Of a stretch of 64,000 nucleotides of DNA, positions 52,141-61,918 are shown piece by piece; position 1 is the first letter of the stretch, and every line of letters starts with the position of its first letter. The DNA is from Candidatus Bathyarchaeota archaeon (GTDB lineage Archaea; Thermoproteota; Bathyarchaeia; Bathyarchaeales; Bathycorpusculaceae): the NCBI GenBank assembly GCA_963826715.1, contig CAWGYA010000008.1:384001-448000 (forward strand), given 5' to 3'. The notes under the pieces were generated by a model that saw only the letters and a list, made by a program, of their open reading frames with translations, made no database searches and had not been told where the DNA came from. The position numbers and the translations under genes are program-made.

Positions 52141-53952
52141 CTATCGAATTTTTTCACGTAGCCTCATCAAAATTCCATCTATAGCCGCTTCAGCATTGCC
52201 GCGGAGCTTCTGATAATAGCGGATACTCTTCTTGTAGGATTCTAAAGAAATTTCACCCTTGCTACGCTGACGCTCAAGGGTTTTAATGTTCTTGTTCGCC
52301 GCAAATAGATCAGCTTCTGCCAAATCCAACTGCCGAATCAAGTCAGGATATGTTCCACCTGAACCTCTAAACAGTGCCTTTGTACGGTCTATGCTTCGAG
52401 TTAAACCTTCAGCGCGGACTTCAATTGTGTTTTTCTGCGCTTTAAATTGACGTCTGGGAATCTTGCCCTTCTGAGCTCGTGTTTCAAGTGTATACAATTC
52501 ACCATAAAGTTGTGTTAGTTCATCGTAAGTTGCTAAAAAGGAGCGAATGTTGTCAGTGGTTATCTGCTTTCCAGTTTTAATTTCGAAGATGGATGCTTCT
52601 TGCTGTGGTGTCGGCTCTTGGGTTGAGAGTTCCTCGGCTCGAACTCTGTACGTATCTTTTTTTGATATGCGCATTTTGTAAAAAACAGCCCCGATGCATG
52701 CGATAGCTGCTACAAAAACAGCATAGAATGTGGGTCTAAAAGAAACCCATACTGGATTATAATCATAAGATAAGTCTATGTTGTTGGTTTGCGGCGTTAA
52801 GTAATCCACATAGCTTATTCCGTTTTGGGTTACAGTAAGAGTGTCTTGGTAAGTATTACGCATCAAGGTAGAGGAGATATCGAGATTTGACGGTTGGGGG
52901 GAAGTTATGGTTGCGCCTTCAGGGGTGTTAAAGGTCATTGTTGCATGCTCTACGAAGTAATGAAAACTAGGAAACAGCTTGAAATCGAGCCCATAGTTTG
53001 ACCCCCGTAGAGCTGCACCAGGTAAGTTATACTTGGCTGTCAAGATTGTTGTCTGATCTTTGGTTATCAATGATACAAAAGTGATGTTAGCAAGCAATAC
53101 ATCACCTTGTATTGATTTAGAGAAACTGTTTTTGAGGTCTGCACCATATTGGTCTGTTATCAATATGTTTGTTGCCATCTCCGGTAGATTGAGGACAAAA
53201 GAAGTCAATGGAGATGTAGAGTTGCTGATAATTTGATAAGTGTCAATTGCTGACAGTACGCCATTTGTGTCGATAGTTATTTTTCGATCCAAGTCAGGTA
53301 TAGTGCATAGCTGCATTGTTCCGGATGGCATGTTGAAGGTCGCAAGGGCAATGTGGTGGGCATATGCAGGCAAGTTTGTTGTGAGATAGCTTTGGTCATT
53401 AGTGTTTCCGTCATCTTTTGTTATAGATAAATCTGTTGGAGCACTAGGGAAGGTTATGCTGACGCTGCACACCTTTGCATCTTGGATTAAACTGGGGTAG
53501 GCTGGGTACTCTAGAAGGTATGAACCATTGGCTAATTCGGTGATGATACGGTTTGAGAGGATAAAAGCAACGGTGAATTCATGTGGGTTGTTACCATTGA
53601 AGTTGATCTCTGCGCCGTAAAAGCCGCTTGAGCGATTGCCAAGTTTCATGCCTATGTTCATTTGATAGATGTTATTGTTGTCGTATGCTATACTTTTGAG
53701 GAGATAAGCACTGTATTGGTATGGTAATCCAATCATAAAGCCATCACTTACTGGGTCGGAGAGGGATATTGTGTCTAAGACAACGACTTGCCCTGAATAC
53801 ATAACTTGAATTTTACTTTCGATGTTGTTTATTGTATAGCTGTTTGATTGAGCTTTCACCGTGTCGGCTGGCAAAGAAATTGATAAGATAATCAGTAAAG
53901 AGAACACAACATTAAATATGTATGCAAGGGTCCGCTTCACAGAACTCACCAA
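52141..53952 (-). CDS. Type I membrane protein, ribophorin I-like
   Basis: Signal peptide, beta-rich ectodomain (LDRKITIDTNG, PEGATI), single TM, cytosolic helical bundle. Confidence 0.6.
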   Translation of the reverse strand: MVSSVKRTLAYIFNVVFSLLIILSISLPADTVKAQSNSYTINNIESKIQVMYSGQVVVLDTISLSDPVSDGFMIGLPYQYSAYLLKSIAYDNNNIYQMNIGMKLGNRSSGFYGAEINFNGNNPHEFTVAFILSNRIITELANGSYLLEYPAYPSLIQDAKVCSVSITFPSAPTDLSITKDDGNTNDQSYLTTNLPAYAHHIALATFNMPSGTMQLCTIPDLDRKITIDTNGVLSAIDTYQIISNSTSPLTSFVLNLPEMATNILITDQYGADLKNSFSKSIQGDVLLANITFVSLITKDQTTILTAKYNLPGAALRGSNYGLDFKLFPSFHYFVEHATMTFNTPEGATITSPQPSNLDISSTLMRNTYQDTLTVTQNGISYVDYLTPQTNNIDLSYDYNPVWVSFRPTFYAVFVAAIACIGAVFYKMRISKKDTYRVRAEELSTQEPTPQQEASIFEIKTGKQITTDNIRSFLATYDELTQLYGELYTLETRAQKGKIPRRQFKAQKNTIEVRAEGLTRSIDRTKALFRGSGGTYPDLIRQLDLAEADLFAANKNIKTLERQRSKGEISLESYKKSIRYYQKLRGNAEAAIDGILMRLREKIR

Positions 53953-54220
53953 ATACAGCTTGTTTATTGTTAGGTCGGCAGATTTATTTACTTTTACCGG
54001 AAAAAACTTATTTAGGAATAAAGACGGACTGGATCCAAAGTTAAATACGGATTTTGCAAAGTCAAAATTAGATGTCCAACTTATTTGGTGGATAGATCGT
54101 GCTTACGTAAGTTTGCGACTTGATTTCATTCTTGTTTTGGAGGAAGGTAATAGATTAAGTATAAACTATTGCCGGCGCGGTAACCATAAATTCTAATGGT
54201 TTCACAATAGTATGTAGAGG

Positions 54221-54928
54221 TTGATTACTTTGAAGTTTGAAATTAAATACAAGCCATCATACGCCATGCTGGTTACAAATCTTGAGCAGGGCGAAACTAT
54301 TACCGCTGAATCAGGCGCATTGACTTACATGACACCCAACATCGAAGTGCACACCCGCAAAAGAGAAAAAAGCATCTGGGGTAGTTTGGGCTTGAGCCTC
54401 ATTGGGGGACAATCGTTTTGGGTTAACGATTACATTTCGCAAAACAGTGCAGGCGAGGCAGCGTTTGTTGCAGCTCCCGTTGGGGACATTAAACAACTCG
54501 ATATTGTTCAGGGTAAAGGTTATGTTATCCAAAAATCTGCATATATAGCCTCCACCGCAGGAGTAGATCTTGACGTGAAGTGGGAAGGCTTCACCAAAGG
54601 TCTATTTGGGCAAGGGCTTTTCATGCTTAGAGCCACAGGCAATGGACAGATGTTTATTAACACATTTGGAGCCATCGATACCCACATGTTGGCAACTGGG
54701 CAAACTTTAATCGTAGATAATTTCCATCTTGTGGGCTTTAGCGAATCATGTAGCTACAAAGTCACTCGGCTTGGCGGTCTCAAAGAAACCCTGCTTAGTG
54801 GTGAGGGCTTAGTTACTCAAATCACTGGACCCGGCGAAGTGCATATCCAAACCAAGAATCTCCAAGAGTTTACAGAGTGGATCTGGACGCTACTTGCCCC
54901 GAAAGTTCGCAGTGAACGCGCGCGGTAA
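54221..54928 (+). CDS. TIGR00266/AIM24 family protein
   Basis: AESGA, GGQSF, G.GLF, IVDN.HLV, SGEGLV..GPG...QT. Confidence 0.92.
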   Translation: MITLKFEIKYKPSYAMLVTNLEQGETITAESGALTYMTPNIEVHTRKREKSIWGSLGLSLIGGQSFWVNDYISQNSAGEAAFVAAPVGDIKQLDIVQGKGYVIQKSAYIASTAGVDLDVKWEGFTKGLFGQGLFMLRATGNGQMFINTFGAIDTHMLATGQTLIVDNFHLVGFSESCSYKVTRLGGLKETLLSGEGLVTQITGPGEVHIQTKNLQEFTEWIWTLLAPKVRSERAR

Positions 54929-55002
54929 TCGATATTTTTTTTTCTTACATCTTCGGATAATCGGTCATACTTTTGCTCTTAAAACTTTTTTTGTTCACTA
55001 TT

Positions 55003-56547
55003 TTATCGGTCTAGCATAAAGGATTTTTCATGTGTAGCTCTTTCAGGAATCGTATCCAGCACCATTTTTTCCTTGGGTTTCTTGGACAACACAATGGGTG
55101 AGAGTTGATTAGCGAGCTCCAGCGCCGCGGACAATTTGCTTTCCCGTTCCGCATAGACCTCAAGTAAAACACTGTCTTTATGTACGGTTTCACCTAGTTT
55201 GGCATGCAACATTACGCCTGCGCCTTTCTCTTTTGGAGCACCTGCCAAACGGGCTATCCGCACTATATCATCGGTACTTAGCCATAGCACTTTACCAGCC
55301 TCCTGAGATTGCACCATCGCCTTGTAGGGTCCAACAGACAAATCTTCAGTCTTCACGTCAGGATTACCTCCTTGGGCCTCAATGATTTGGCGCAGTTTCA
55401 TCAATGCTTTGCCTGAATCAATCATATCCTCCGCCATGCTACGTGGATTCTCAACGCCCACCATTTCAAAAAGAATAGCGGAAAGACTCACAGCTTTCTC
55501 TCTCAGGTCAGGCGGACCCTGACCCATAAGTGTCAAAAGTGCCTCACGTGCTTCCAGCGCTGGTCCGATACCGCAACCAAGAGGTTGGTCTCCGAATGTA
55601 AGAGCACATTGTATGCTTAATCCTAGCCGTTTTCCAAGGTCCACAAAATCAGACGCCAAACTGTAGGCTTCTTGACGGGTTCTGATTTTTGCACCCATCC
55701 CTGTTGGGATGTCGATAACTACGTGTGTAGCACCGATAGCTTTCTTTTTGCTAAGAATCGAAGGCAGTAGCATAGGGTCAATTCCCAAGGGATATTCAAC
55801 TTGAATGAAGAGGTCATCGGCTGGTGCAAGCTCTAACGAGCCTCCCCAGACAAGGCAAGCTCCAGTTTTTTCTACGGTTGCCTTAATTTCTTTTATTGAC
55901 AGATTAACGGGACATAAAGTCTCGACGCGGTCTGCGGTTCCTGCAGGGGAAGTGATTGCGCGCGACGATGTTTTGGGTATGGTGAATCCTGCCGCCGCCA
56001 CTATTGGGACCACCAGCATGCTGGTTTTGTCCCCCGGGATACCGCCTACGCTGTGTTTGTCAAGGATCGGCGCGGTGCCAAAGCTTAGTGTTTTTCCTGT
56101 ACTTATCATAGCCCTAGAAAGAGCCTCAGTTTCAGCAGTGCTCAAACCGTGGATGCTAAGAGCAGTGAGGAAAGCGGCGATTTCTACCTGGCTCAGATGC
56201 CGTTCCACCACGTCTTTGACGATGGCAACTATGTCTTTTTCGCGAAGGCGCTCGCCGTGGAGTTTAGCGCGAATATTAAAGAGCGATTCGGGTAAAGGGG
56301 CCAATTTCACATCCACCACATCATCGTCCTTGACATTTAGTGCAGCTTCGGTTTCTTCAAAAAAGCCGATGTGATTTTGGGGGAAGTGCTCTGCGATGTT
56401 GGATATTGCAATCATTTCTTTTCTGCCATAGGAGATTTTGATTCTGTCTGAACTATGTACACCTAAAAGGTTGGCGGTTTGTTCGCTGATTACCGCTATG
56501 CGGTTGCCACCGGTGGTTATGTTTAAGAGTTCAACGATTAGCTCCAT
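55003..56547 (-). CDS. AMP phosphorylase
   Basis: DKHSVGGIPG, PKTSSRAITSPAGTAD, IGPALEA and N-terminal extra domain. Confidence 0.95.
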   Translation of the reverse strand: MELIVELLNITTGGNRIAVISEQTANLLGVHSSDRIKISYGRKEMIAISNIAEHFPQNHIGFFEETEAALNVKDDDVVDVKLAPLPESLFNIRAKLHGERLREKDIVAIVKDVVERHLSQVEIAAFLTALSIHGLSTAETEALSRAMISTGKTLSFGTAPILDKHSVGGIPGDKTSMLVVPIVAAAGFTIPKTSSRAITSPAGTADRVETLCPVNLSIKEIKATVEKTGACLVWGGSLELAPADDLFIQVEYPLGIDPMLLPSILSKKKAIGATHVVIDIPTGMGAKIRTRQEAYSLASDFVDLGKRLGLSIQCALTFGDQPLGCGIGPALEAREALLTLMGQGPPDLREKAVSLSAILFEMVGVENPRSMAEDMIDSGKALMKLRQIIEAQGGNPDVKTEDLSVGPYKAMVQSQEAGKVLWLSTDDIVRIARLAGAPKEKGAGVMLHAKLGETVHKDSVLLEVYAERESKLSAALELANQLSPIVLSKKPKEKMVLDTIPERATHEKSFMLDR

Positions 56548-56629
56548 AATAGACCCTGCTTACTATGTGTGTTGGAAATAGTTAAAGATTTTAAGGGACC
56601 CAAGACTTTGATTGAGGTGAGGAATCCCA

Positions 56630-57853
56630 CTGAAGTACCTTGACTTTATTGATTTAAACTATCACCCCAAGGAAACAGATTTGATTTGCACTTTTGCATT
56701 GGAGCCTGAAGGCATCAGTTTTGAAGAAGCTGCGGGTGGCGTTGCTGCGGAGAGCAGCGTAGGCACATGGACCGAACTCAAAACCGATAAACCCTACGTA
56801 AAAAAAATAGCAGCACACGTTTTCAGCAGTATTGGAGACACCATAAAAATTGCATACCCCATCGAGCTTTTTGAAGGTTCAAACATGCCAAATATACTCA
56901 GCAGTGTGGCAGGCAATGTTTTTGGACTCAAAGCCCTAAAAAACCTGCGGTTACTCGAAATCGAATTTCCAAAGGCACTTCTCAGCAGTTTTAAGGGTCC
57001 CGGTTTTGGCATTGAAGGAGTTCGAAGGTTGCTTAAAGTTCCCGAACGCCCATTGGTGGGTACAATCATCAAACCAAAGCTTGGCCTAATTACAGTTGAT
57101 CATGCTAAAGTTGCTTACGACGCATGGCAGGGTGGATGTGATGTAGTCAAAGACGACGAAAATCTCAGCAGCCAGAAATTCAACCCTTTTCCAGAGCGGC
57201 TTGCTGCAACTCTTGAAGCACGTGACAGAGCACAATCTGAGACAGGTGAACGCAAAGTCTACATGGTCAATATCACCGCCGAAACGGATCTTATGTTAAA
57301 ACGTGCAAAAGCTGTATTGGATCAAGGTGGTGAGTATGTCATGGTTGACATTCTTACATGTGGTTGGGCGGCGTTGCAGACATTACGTGAACAGAATTTC
57401 AAGTTGGTTATCCATGCACATCGCGCTGGGCATGCGGCCTTTACTAAGAACCCATTGCATGGCATTGCAATGAAACCCATTGCGTCGGTTGCTCGAATCA
57501 TTGGTGTAGATCAGCTCCACGTAGGCACCGTAGTGGGAAAGATGTCTGAGACCAAAGCCGAAGTGTTAGAGAATATAACGGCATGCAAAATACAGATGGA
57601 TGAAATGAAACCTGTACTACCGGTTGCAAGTGGAGGGTTACATCCAGGATTGGTTCCTGCGTTATTAGAGACTTTCGGTAACGATGTTGTATTACAGGCT
57701 GGTGGGGGTATCCATGGACACCCGGAAGGTACTGTGGCAGGAGCAAAAGCGATGCGCCAAGCTGTCGAAGCTGTATTAGAAGGCAAAAAACTTGAGGAAT
57801 ATGCCCAAAACCACAAGGAACTCGCCCTAGCATTGAAACAATGGAAAACCTAA
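56630..57853 (+). CDS. rbcL: Form III RuBisCO (probable CTG start)
   Basis: AESSVGTW, KPKLG, KDDEN, HAHRA, VGKM, SGG, GGG.HGHP. The in-frame extension to CTG 56630 follows GAGGTGA. Confidence 0.93.
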   Translation: MKYLDFIDLNYHPKETDLICTFALEPEGISFEEAAGGVAAESSVGTWTELKTDKPYVKKIAAHVFSSIGDTIKIAYPIELFEGSNMPNILSSVAGNVFGLKALKNLRLLEIEFPKALLSSFKGPGFGIEGVRRLLKVPERPLVGTIIKPKLGLITVDHAKVAYDAWQGGCDVVKDDENLSSQKFNPFPERLAATLEARDRAQSETGERKVYMVNITAETDLMLKRAKAVLDQGGEYVMVDILTCGWAALQTLREQNFKLVIHAHRAGHAAFTKNPLHGIAMKPIASVARIIGVDQLHVGTVVGKMSETKAEVLENITACKIQMDEMKPVLPVASGGLHPGLVPALLETFGNDVVLQAGGGIHGHPEGTVAGAKAMRQAVEAVLEGKKLEEYAQNHKELALALKQWKT

Positions 57854-58021
57854 TTGATTTCACTAACGCTCTAATCCTTATCTGCTTGACAAATGCACAC
57901 GTTAAAGGACAGAATATTAGCATTCATTCAGCCCTAAGCCATACTTCAACTGCATCTTACTTGGTTATGTTTTGGAAGATAGAAATTTGCATAATCAGAT
58001 TAGAATATCTAAACTTAGAAA

Positions 58022-58939
58022 TTAGAAAACCCATTGATACTTTAGTCGCATAACTTCAACAATCGACTGAGGAGCTATAATGCCTGCTTCGCAGATTATT
58101 CCATTGATATAGCGGTTGGGCGTAACATCAAAAGCTGGGTTCCGCACTATCAGCTTCGCTGGCGCTTCAGACCAAACTTCCGCGGGATTGCGTTGCTCGA
58201 TTTTCTCGCAGTCACCTTTAAGCGTTTCTGGATCAAATTTAAGCAGCTCCGAAACAACATAAAACGGCTTGCGAGCTTCATGAGCCATCAACGAGAGTCC
58301 AGATGTACCAATTTTGTTTACCACATCACCCTCAGAAGTGATGGCGTCTGCGCCAACAACTACAAGATCAACTTCGCCCATAAAAGTACGGGCAGCTGAA
58401 TCCACAATTAAAGTGGTCGGGATATCCAAATCTACAAGCTCCTTGGCTGTTATTCTCCCTTGATGAGCGGGACGCGTTTCGGTACAAATCACTTTGAAGT
58501 TTTTGCCTTCCGATTTGGCTTTGGCAAGGAGTCGCGTGACAGTGGAGCTGTGGCAATGCGTGAATACAACTGTTTCGTTGCGGATGCGCTTGGCACCTAT
58601 CTCAGCAGTTTGCTCCCTTGATATTTCGAGTTCTTTGAGGAATTTACTAGCGTTTTTTATAACCTCCGTCTTAAGTACTGAAATGTCGGTTGCTGAGGAG
58701 TTTTTAGTCTGGGTTATTATGTAGTGGATGGCATTTCGCATAAGAGGCTCGGTTTCTCGGGTGGCATAAAATATCCTTTGGGCTTCTTTGAGCGCTGTGA
58801 GGAGTTGGGGTTTGGTTTGGGCTTCGGTTTGCTCAGCTAGAGTTTGGAATGCTTCGATTGCAGCTATGGCGACATTTCTTGCTCCTTGAACCTGGAGTCT
58901 ACGAATTTTTTCTGCGGTAATCAGAACTGTAGTTGCCAA
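58022..58939 (-). CDS. Ribose-1,5-bisphosphate isomerase (eIF2B family)
   Basis: QGA, THCHSS, ETRP..QG, VGADA, NKIGT, NPAFDVTP; adjacent to RuBisCO. Confidence 0.9.
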   Translation of the reverse strand: MATTVLITAEKIRRLQVQGARNVAIAAIEAFQTLAEQTEAQTKPQLLTALKEAQRIFYATRETEPLMRNAIHYIITQTKNSSATDISVLKTEVIKNASKFLKELEISREQTAEIGAKRIRNETVVFTHCHSSTVTRLLAKAKSEGKNFKVICTETRPAHQGRITAKELVDLDIPTTLIVDSAARTFMGEVDLVVVGADAITSEGDVVNKIGTSGLSLMAHEARKPFYVVSELLKFDPETLKGDCEKIEQRNPAEVWSEAPAKLIVRNPAFDVTPNRYINGIICEAGIIAPQSIVEVMRLKYQWVF

Positions 58940-58984
58940 ACTAATGCACCCAAAGCATAATCGTATATGTTATGTTAGTATTTT

Positions 58985-60184
58985 GTGGAGAAACATATAA
59001 GGAAATTCATAGCAATACTTGTGAGCTTAATGTTGCCTAATGAAGACACCGTAAAAAGTATTCTTTCACCTTATGTGCAGCCATGGTATAACTCGATCGC
59101 TGATCCAAAGAAGGCGCAAGAGCAAGTGCTTGGTGAGCTTTTGCAAAAATACTCGCAAAGCGAGTACGGAGCAGGTTATAATGCGGATAAAATTGCTAAA
59201 ATTTCCGACTACCAAGCCAATTTTCCCATAATCAATTACTCAGAATTATCGCCTTATCTCGCCCGGTTACGTGAAGGACATTTTAAGGCGTTTCTTTCTG
59301 AGCCGCCTCAATGTTGGGTTATGACCCGGGGTTCCACAGGTCATAGCAAACTCATCCCAGCAACCGAGACTCACCTGAAACAAATTTTTAGTTGTGGCGC
59401 TAGAGCTATAATTAATTATGCCCTTCAAAAAAAGAATTACGAGGTCTTCTTGGGCGTCATTTTAAACCTCAATTTTCCTTCAAGCGTTTATACTATGAAC
59501 ATCGAGGGCAAAGAAATCAGCTACGGATACAGCAGCGGCACCTATGCCAGATTAAACCCTATGTTCGACCGAGTGAGCTTGCTTCCAAAGCAAGAGGATA
59601 TTGACAAATTAGGTAGTGGCATCGGACCGGAAGACTGGCAAAGACGTTTTGACTTGGTCTACGAGATGGCAAAAGATCAGAATGTGACCGCTACTATGGG
59701 AGTAACCCCAGTAATCCTCTCTTTTGCAAGATACATTAAAAATAGATATGGCAAACTACCCAGAGAGATCTGGAAACCCAAGGCTCTCTTCTGCACTAGC
59801 GTTCGCAAAATTCAATATAAATATGGCCCGATCCTCAAAAAATACTTCGGTGAAGTCCCAATTGTAGAGATGTATACGGCAACAGAAGGAGTGTTTGGGC
59901 AGCAACTTGATGACTTCCCCTATATCACTCCCAATTATGATTCTTACCTCTTTGAAGTCGCCACCGGAAGGGGTGTAAAAATGCTTCATGATCTAAAAAG
60001 AGGCGAATGGGGCAGTCTTATCATTTCTACATGTATGCTACCACGCTATGAAATCGGTGACTTGGTCGAAGCCGCAGGCAAAAACTACTATCGAATCTTT
60101 GGAAGAAAAAGTAACTTAACGCTTTTTGAGCATCGAGTATATCATGCTTTTCTGGGATGGTTGCTTTACCCAGGCACTGGATGA
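58985..60184 (+). CDS. GH3 family acyl-adenylate ligase-like protein
   Basis: T.GSTG..KLIP, YTATEG.FG, LPRYEIGD..GR. Probable start is ATG 59030. Confidence 0.85.
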   Translation: MEKHIRKFIAILVSLMLPNEDTVKSILSPYVQPWYNSIADPKKAQEQVLGELLQKYSQSEYGAGYNADKIAKISDYQANFPIINYSELSPYLARLREGHFKAFLSEPPQCWVMTRGSTGHSKLIPATETHLKQIFSCGARAIINYALQKKNYEVFLGVILNLNFPSSVYTMNIEGKEISYGYSSGTYARLNPMFDRVSLLPKQEDIDKLGSGIGPEDWQRRFDLVYEMAKDQNVTATMGVTPVILSFARYIKNRYGKLPREIWKPKALFCTSVRKIQYKYGPILKKYFGEVPIVEMYTATEGVFGQQLDDFPYITPNYDSYLFEVATGRGVKMLHDLKRGEWGSLIISTCMLPRYEIGDLVEAAGKNYYRIFGRKSNLTLFEHRVYHAFLGWLLYPGTG

Positions 60185-60561
60185 CGACGACGGGCAATTA
60201 TTGCCATGTAAACTGCACCCACTATTATAATTATGCCAATAACCAAAAGTATGATTGCCCAGTTTTGCCCTGTATCAACTATATAGCCGCTTAGTTGCAA
60301 AACTGAAAACAGACCAAAAATAATCAAAATCAAACCGCCAATGAGATAGCCCATAAATCCACGTTCGCTCTTCTCCTGTTTTTCGCGATTTTCGTTTTTT
60401 TCTTGTTTCTCGTTCTTTTCAGATTTCTCGTTTTTTCTTTGATAGGTTGAAGGCGATTGAGTCTGTTGCTCTGCTGTTGGATTTTTCAGAGATGCGCCAC
60501 AGCGAGGGCAAAACACCATCTGATCGTCGATTGGATTGCCACATTTGGGACAGTATGACAT
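60166..60561 (-). CDS. Zinc-ribbon two-TM protein
   Basis: YCPKCG...FCPRCG, EK repeats, two TM helices. Confidence 0.85.
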   Translation of the reverse strand: MSYCPKCGNPIDDQMVFCPRCGASLKNPTAEQQTQSPSTYQRKNEKSEKNEKQEKNENREKQEKSERGFMGYLIGGLILIIFGLFSVLQLSGYIVDTGQNWAIILLVIGIIIIVGAVYMAIIARRRHPVPG

Positions 60562-60673
60562 GAGACGTTCCTCGATACAGTTTACTGCTAAGAGTATTTA
60601 AAACATGTACCTAGCGACATTAAGAGAAACATATATTTGCTAATTAACATATTTTGACGAAGGTGAAAAAAGG

Positions 60674-61174
60674 TTGAGTACCGCCCAAATCAGTCATGCT
60701 TTAACAGAAAAAAGAAAAGAAAACCTTTTTTCCGCCATTTATATAGGCGGTCTTCTTATCTCTGCAGCGGTTATTTACAGCAGTCATCTACCAAGCAGCC
60801 TCTGGAATAAACTCGTCGATTTTTTCCTATCTCTTACATTAGCCCCAGTTCCAAACACAGGTATCTCTCTCCCTGCACCCATTGATCCAGCCGTTCACAC
60901 AGAACTATATACTGCGGGTTTCCAGATAGCTATAGCCATAGGCATAATAGAAATAATCATTTTGTTTCTACGTGTCTTTCTGCATTCCCCCGTGTCACGG
61001 GTGGCAGAAACCATCGAAAACATCGTATTCTGGCTTGGAGCAAGTTACCTAGCAAATACATACCTAATTAACATGACAATCTCCAGTGAATGGTTCGTGT
61101 TCTGGGCTGGCGTAATCTTAATCTTCGGAATTGCTCTCCTTGCTCGAGGATTTGTCCTGCTTTCTAAACGATAG
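60674..61174 (+). CDS. Hypothetical membrane protein
   Basis: About four hydrophobic segments; AGGTGA SD. Confidence 0.75.
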   Translation: MSTAQISHALTEKRKENLFSAIYIGGLLISAAVIYSSHLPSSLWNKLVDFFLSLTLAPVPNTGISLPAPIDPAVHTELYTAGFQIAIAIGIIEIIILFLRVFLHSPVSRVAETIENIVFWLGASYLANTYLINMTISSEWFVFWAGVILIFGIALLARGFVLLSKR

Positions 61175-61177
61175 AAA

Positions 61178-61918
61178 CTATTTTTTCATAACTTTAAGCG
61201 TCCACCATAAAGACACTATCTGGCAAAACATACTCCAGGAATCTTTTGCAAGATTCACTTTTGTGTTTTTTCCGCTATGCCATTCAACAGCGATCTCCTT
61301 AATTTTGTAACCATGCGCATATCCGCGAACCATAACTTCGGTGTCCCAAAACCAATGAGTCGCTGCCACTTCATCAAGTAGCCCCAAAAGCCGCTCCTTT
61401 TTAAACGCTTTAAAGCCGCATTGATGGTCTTTGAGTTTTGAACCCAATAAATGGCGGACAAGGAAGTTGTAACTTTTGCTGCTAAATCCTCTGCTGAAAG
61501 TGCGCTCAGCTCTGCTCTCGGGAAGCATACGCGAACCTGTTGTGAAATCATAGCCCTCAATAGATATGGCCTCAACCAACGGTTTCAGATACTTCAAATC
61601 CGTAGCTAAATCCAAATCCATATAAACCAAAACCTGTCCGTTGCAGTGCCGAAAAGCATTATTGAGAGCTTTGCCCCGTCCCAGCCGGACATCGCGATGA
61701 ATGTGTCTAACGCTATTGTACCTTCGGGCTAACTTCTCCGAACACTCAGCAGTACCGTCTGTGCTACCATCCTCGGCAATCACAACTTCATAAGATTCAG
61801 CGAATTGGTTGAGAGTTTGCAGGGTTTTCTCAACAGCGTTTGCAAGATAAGTCACTTCGTTGTAAGCTGGTAGAACCAACGAAACCGTAACTGATTCATT
61901 TGGCCTTAGCGAAGTCAT
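61178..61918 (-). CDS. GT2 dolichol-phosphate glycosyltransferase (Dpm1/Alg5-like)
   Basis: LPAYNE, EDGSTDGT, DLD, D.QCGFK; ATGA overlap with the PMT gene. Confidence 0.92.
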   Translation of the reverse strand: MTSLRPNESVTVSLVLPAYNEVTYLANAVEKTLQTLNQFAESYEVVIAEDGSTDGTAECSEKLARRYNSVRHIHRDVRLGRGKALNNAFRHCNGQVLVYMDLDLATDLKYLKPLVEAISIEGYDFTTGSRMLPESRAERTFSRGFSSKSYNFLVRHLLGSKLKDHQCGFKAFKKERLLGLLDEVAATHWFWDTEVMVRGYAHGYKIKEIAVEWHSGKNTKVNLAKDSWSMFCQIVSLWWTLKVMKK

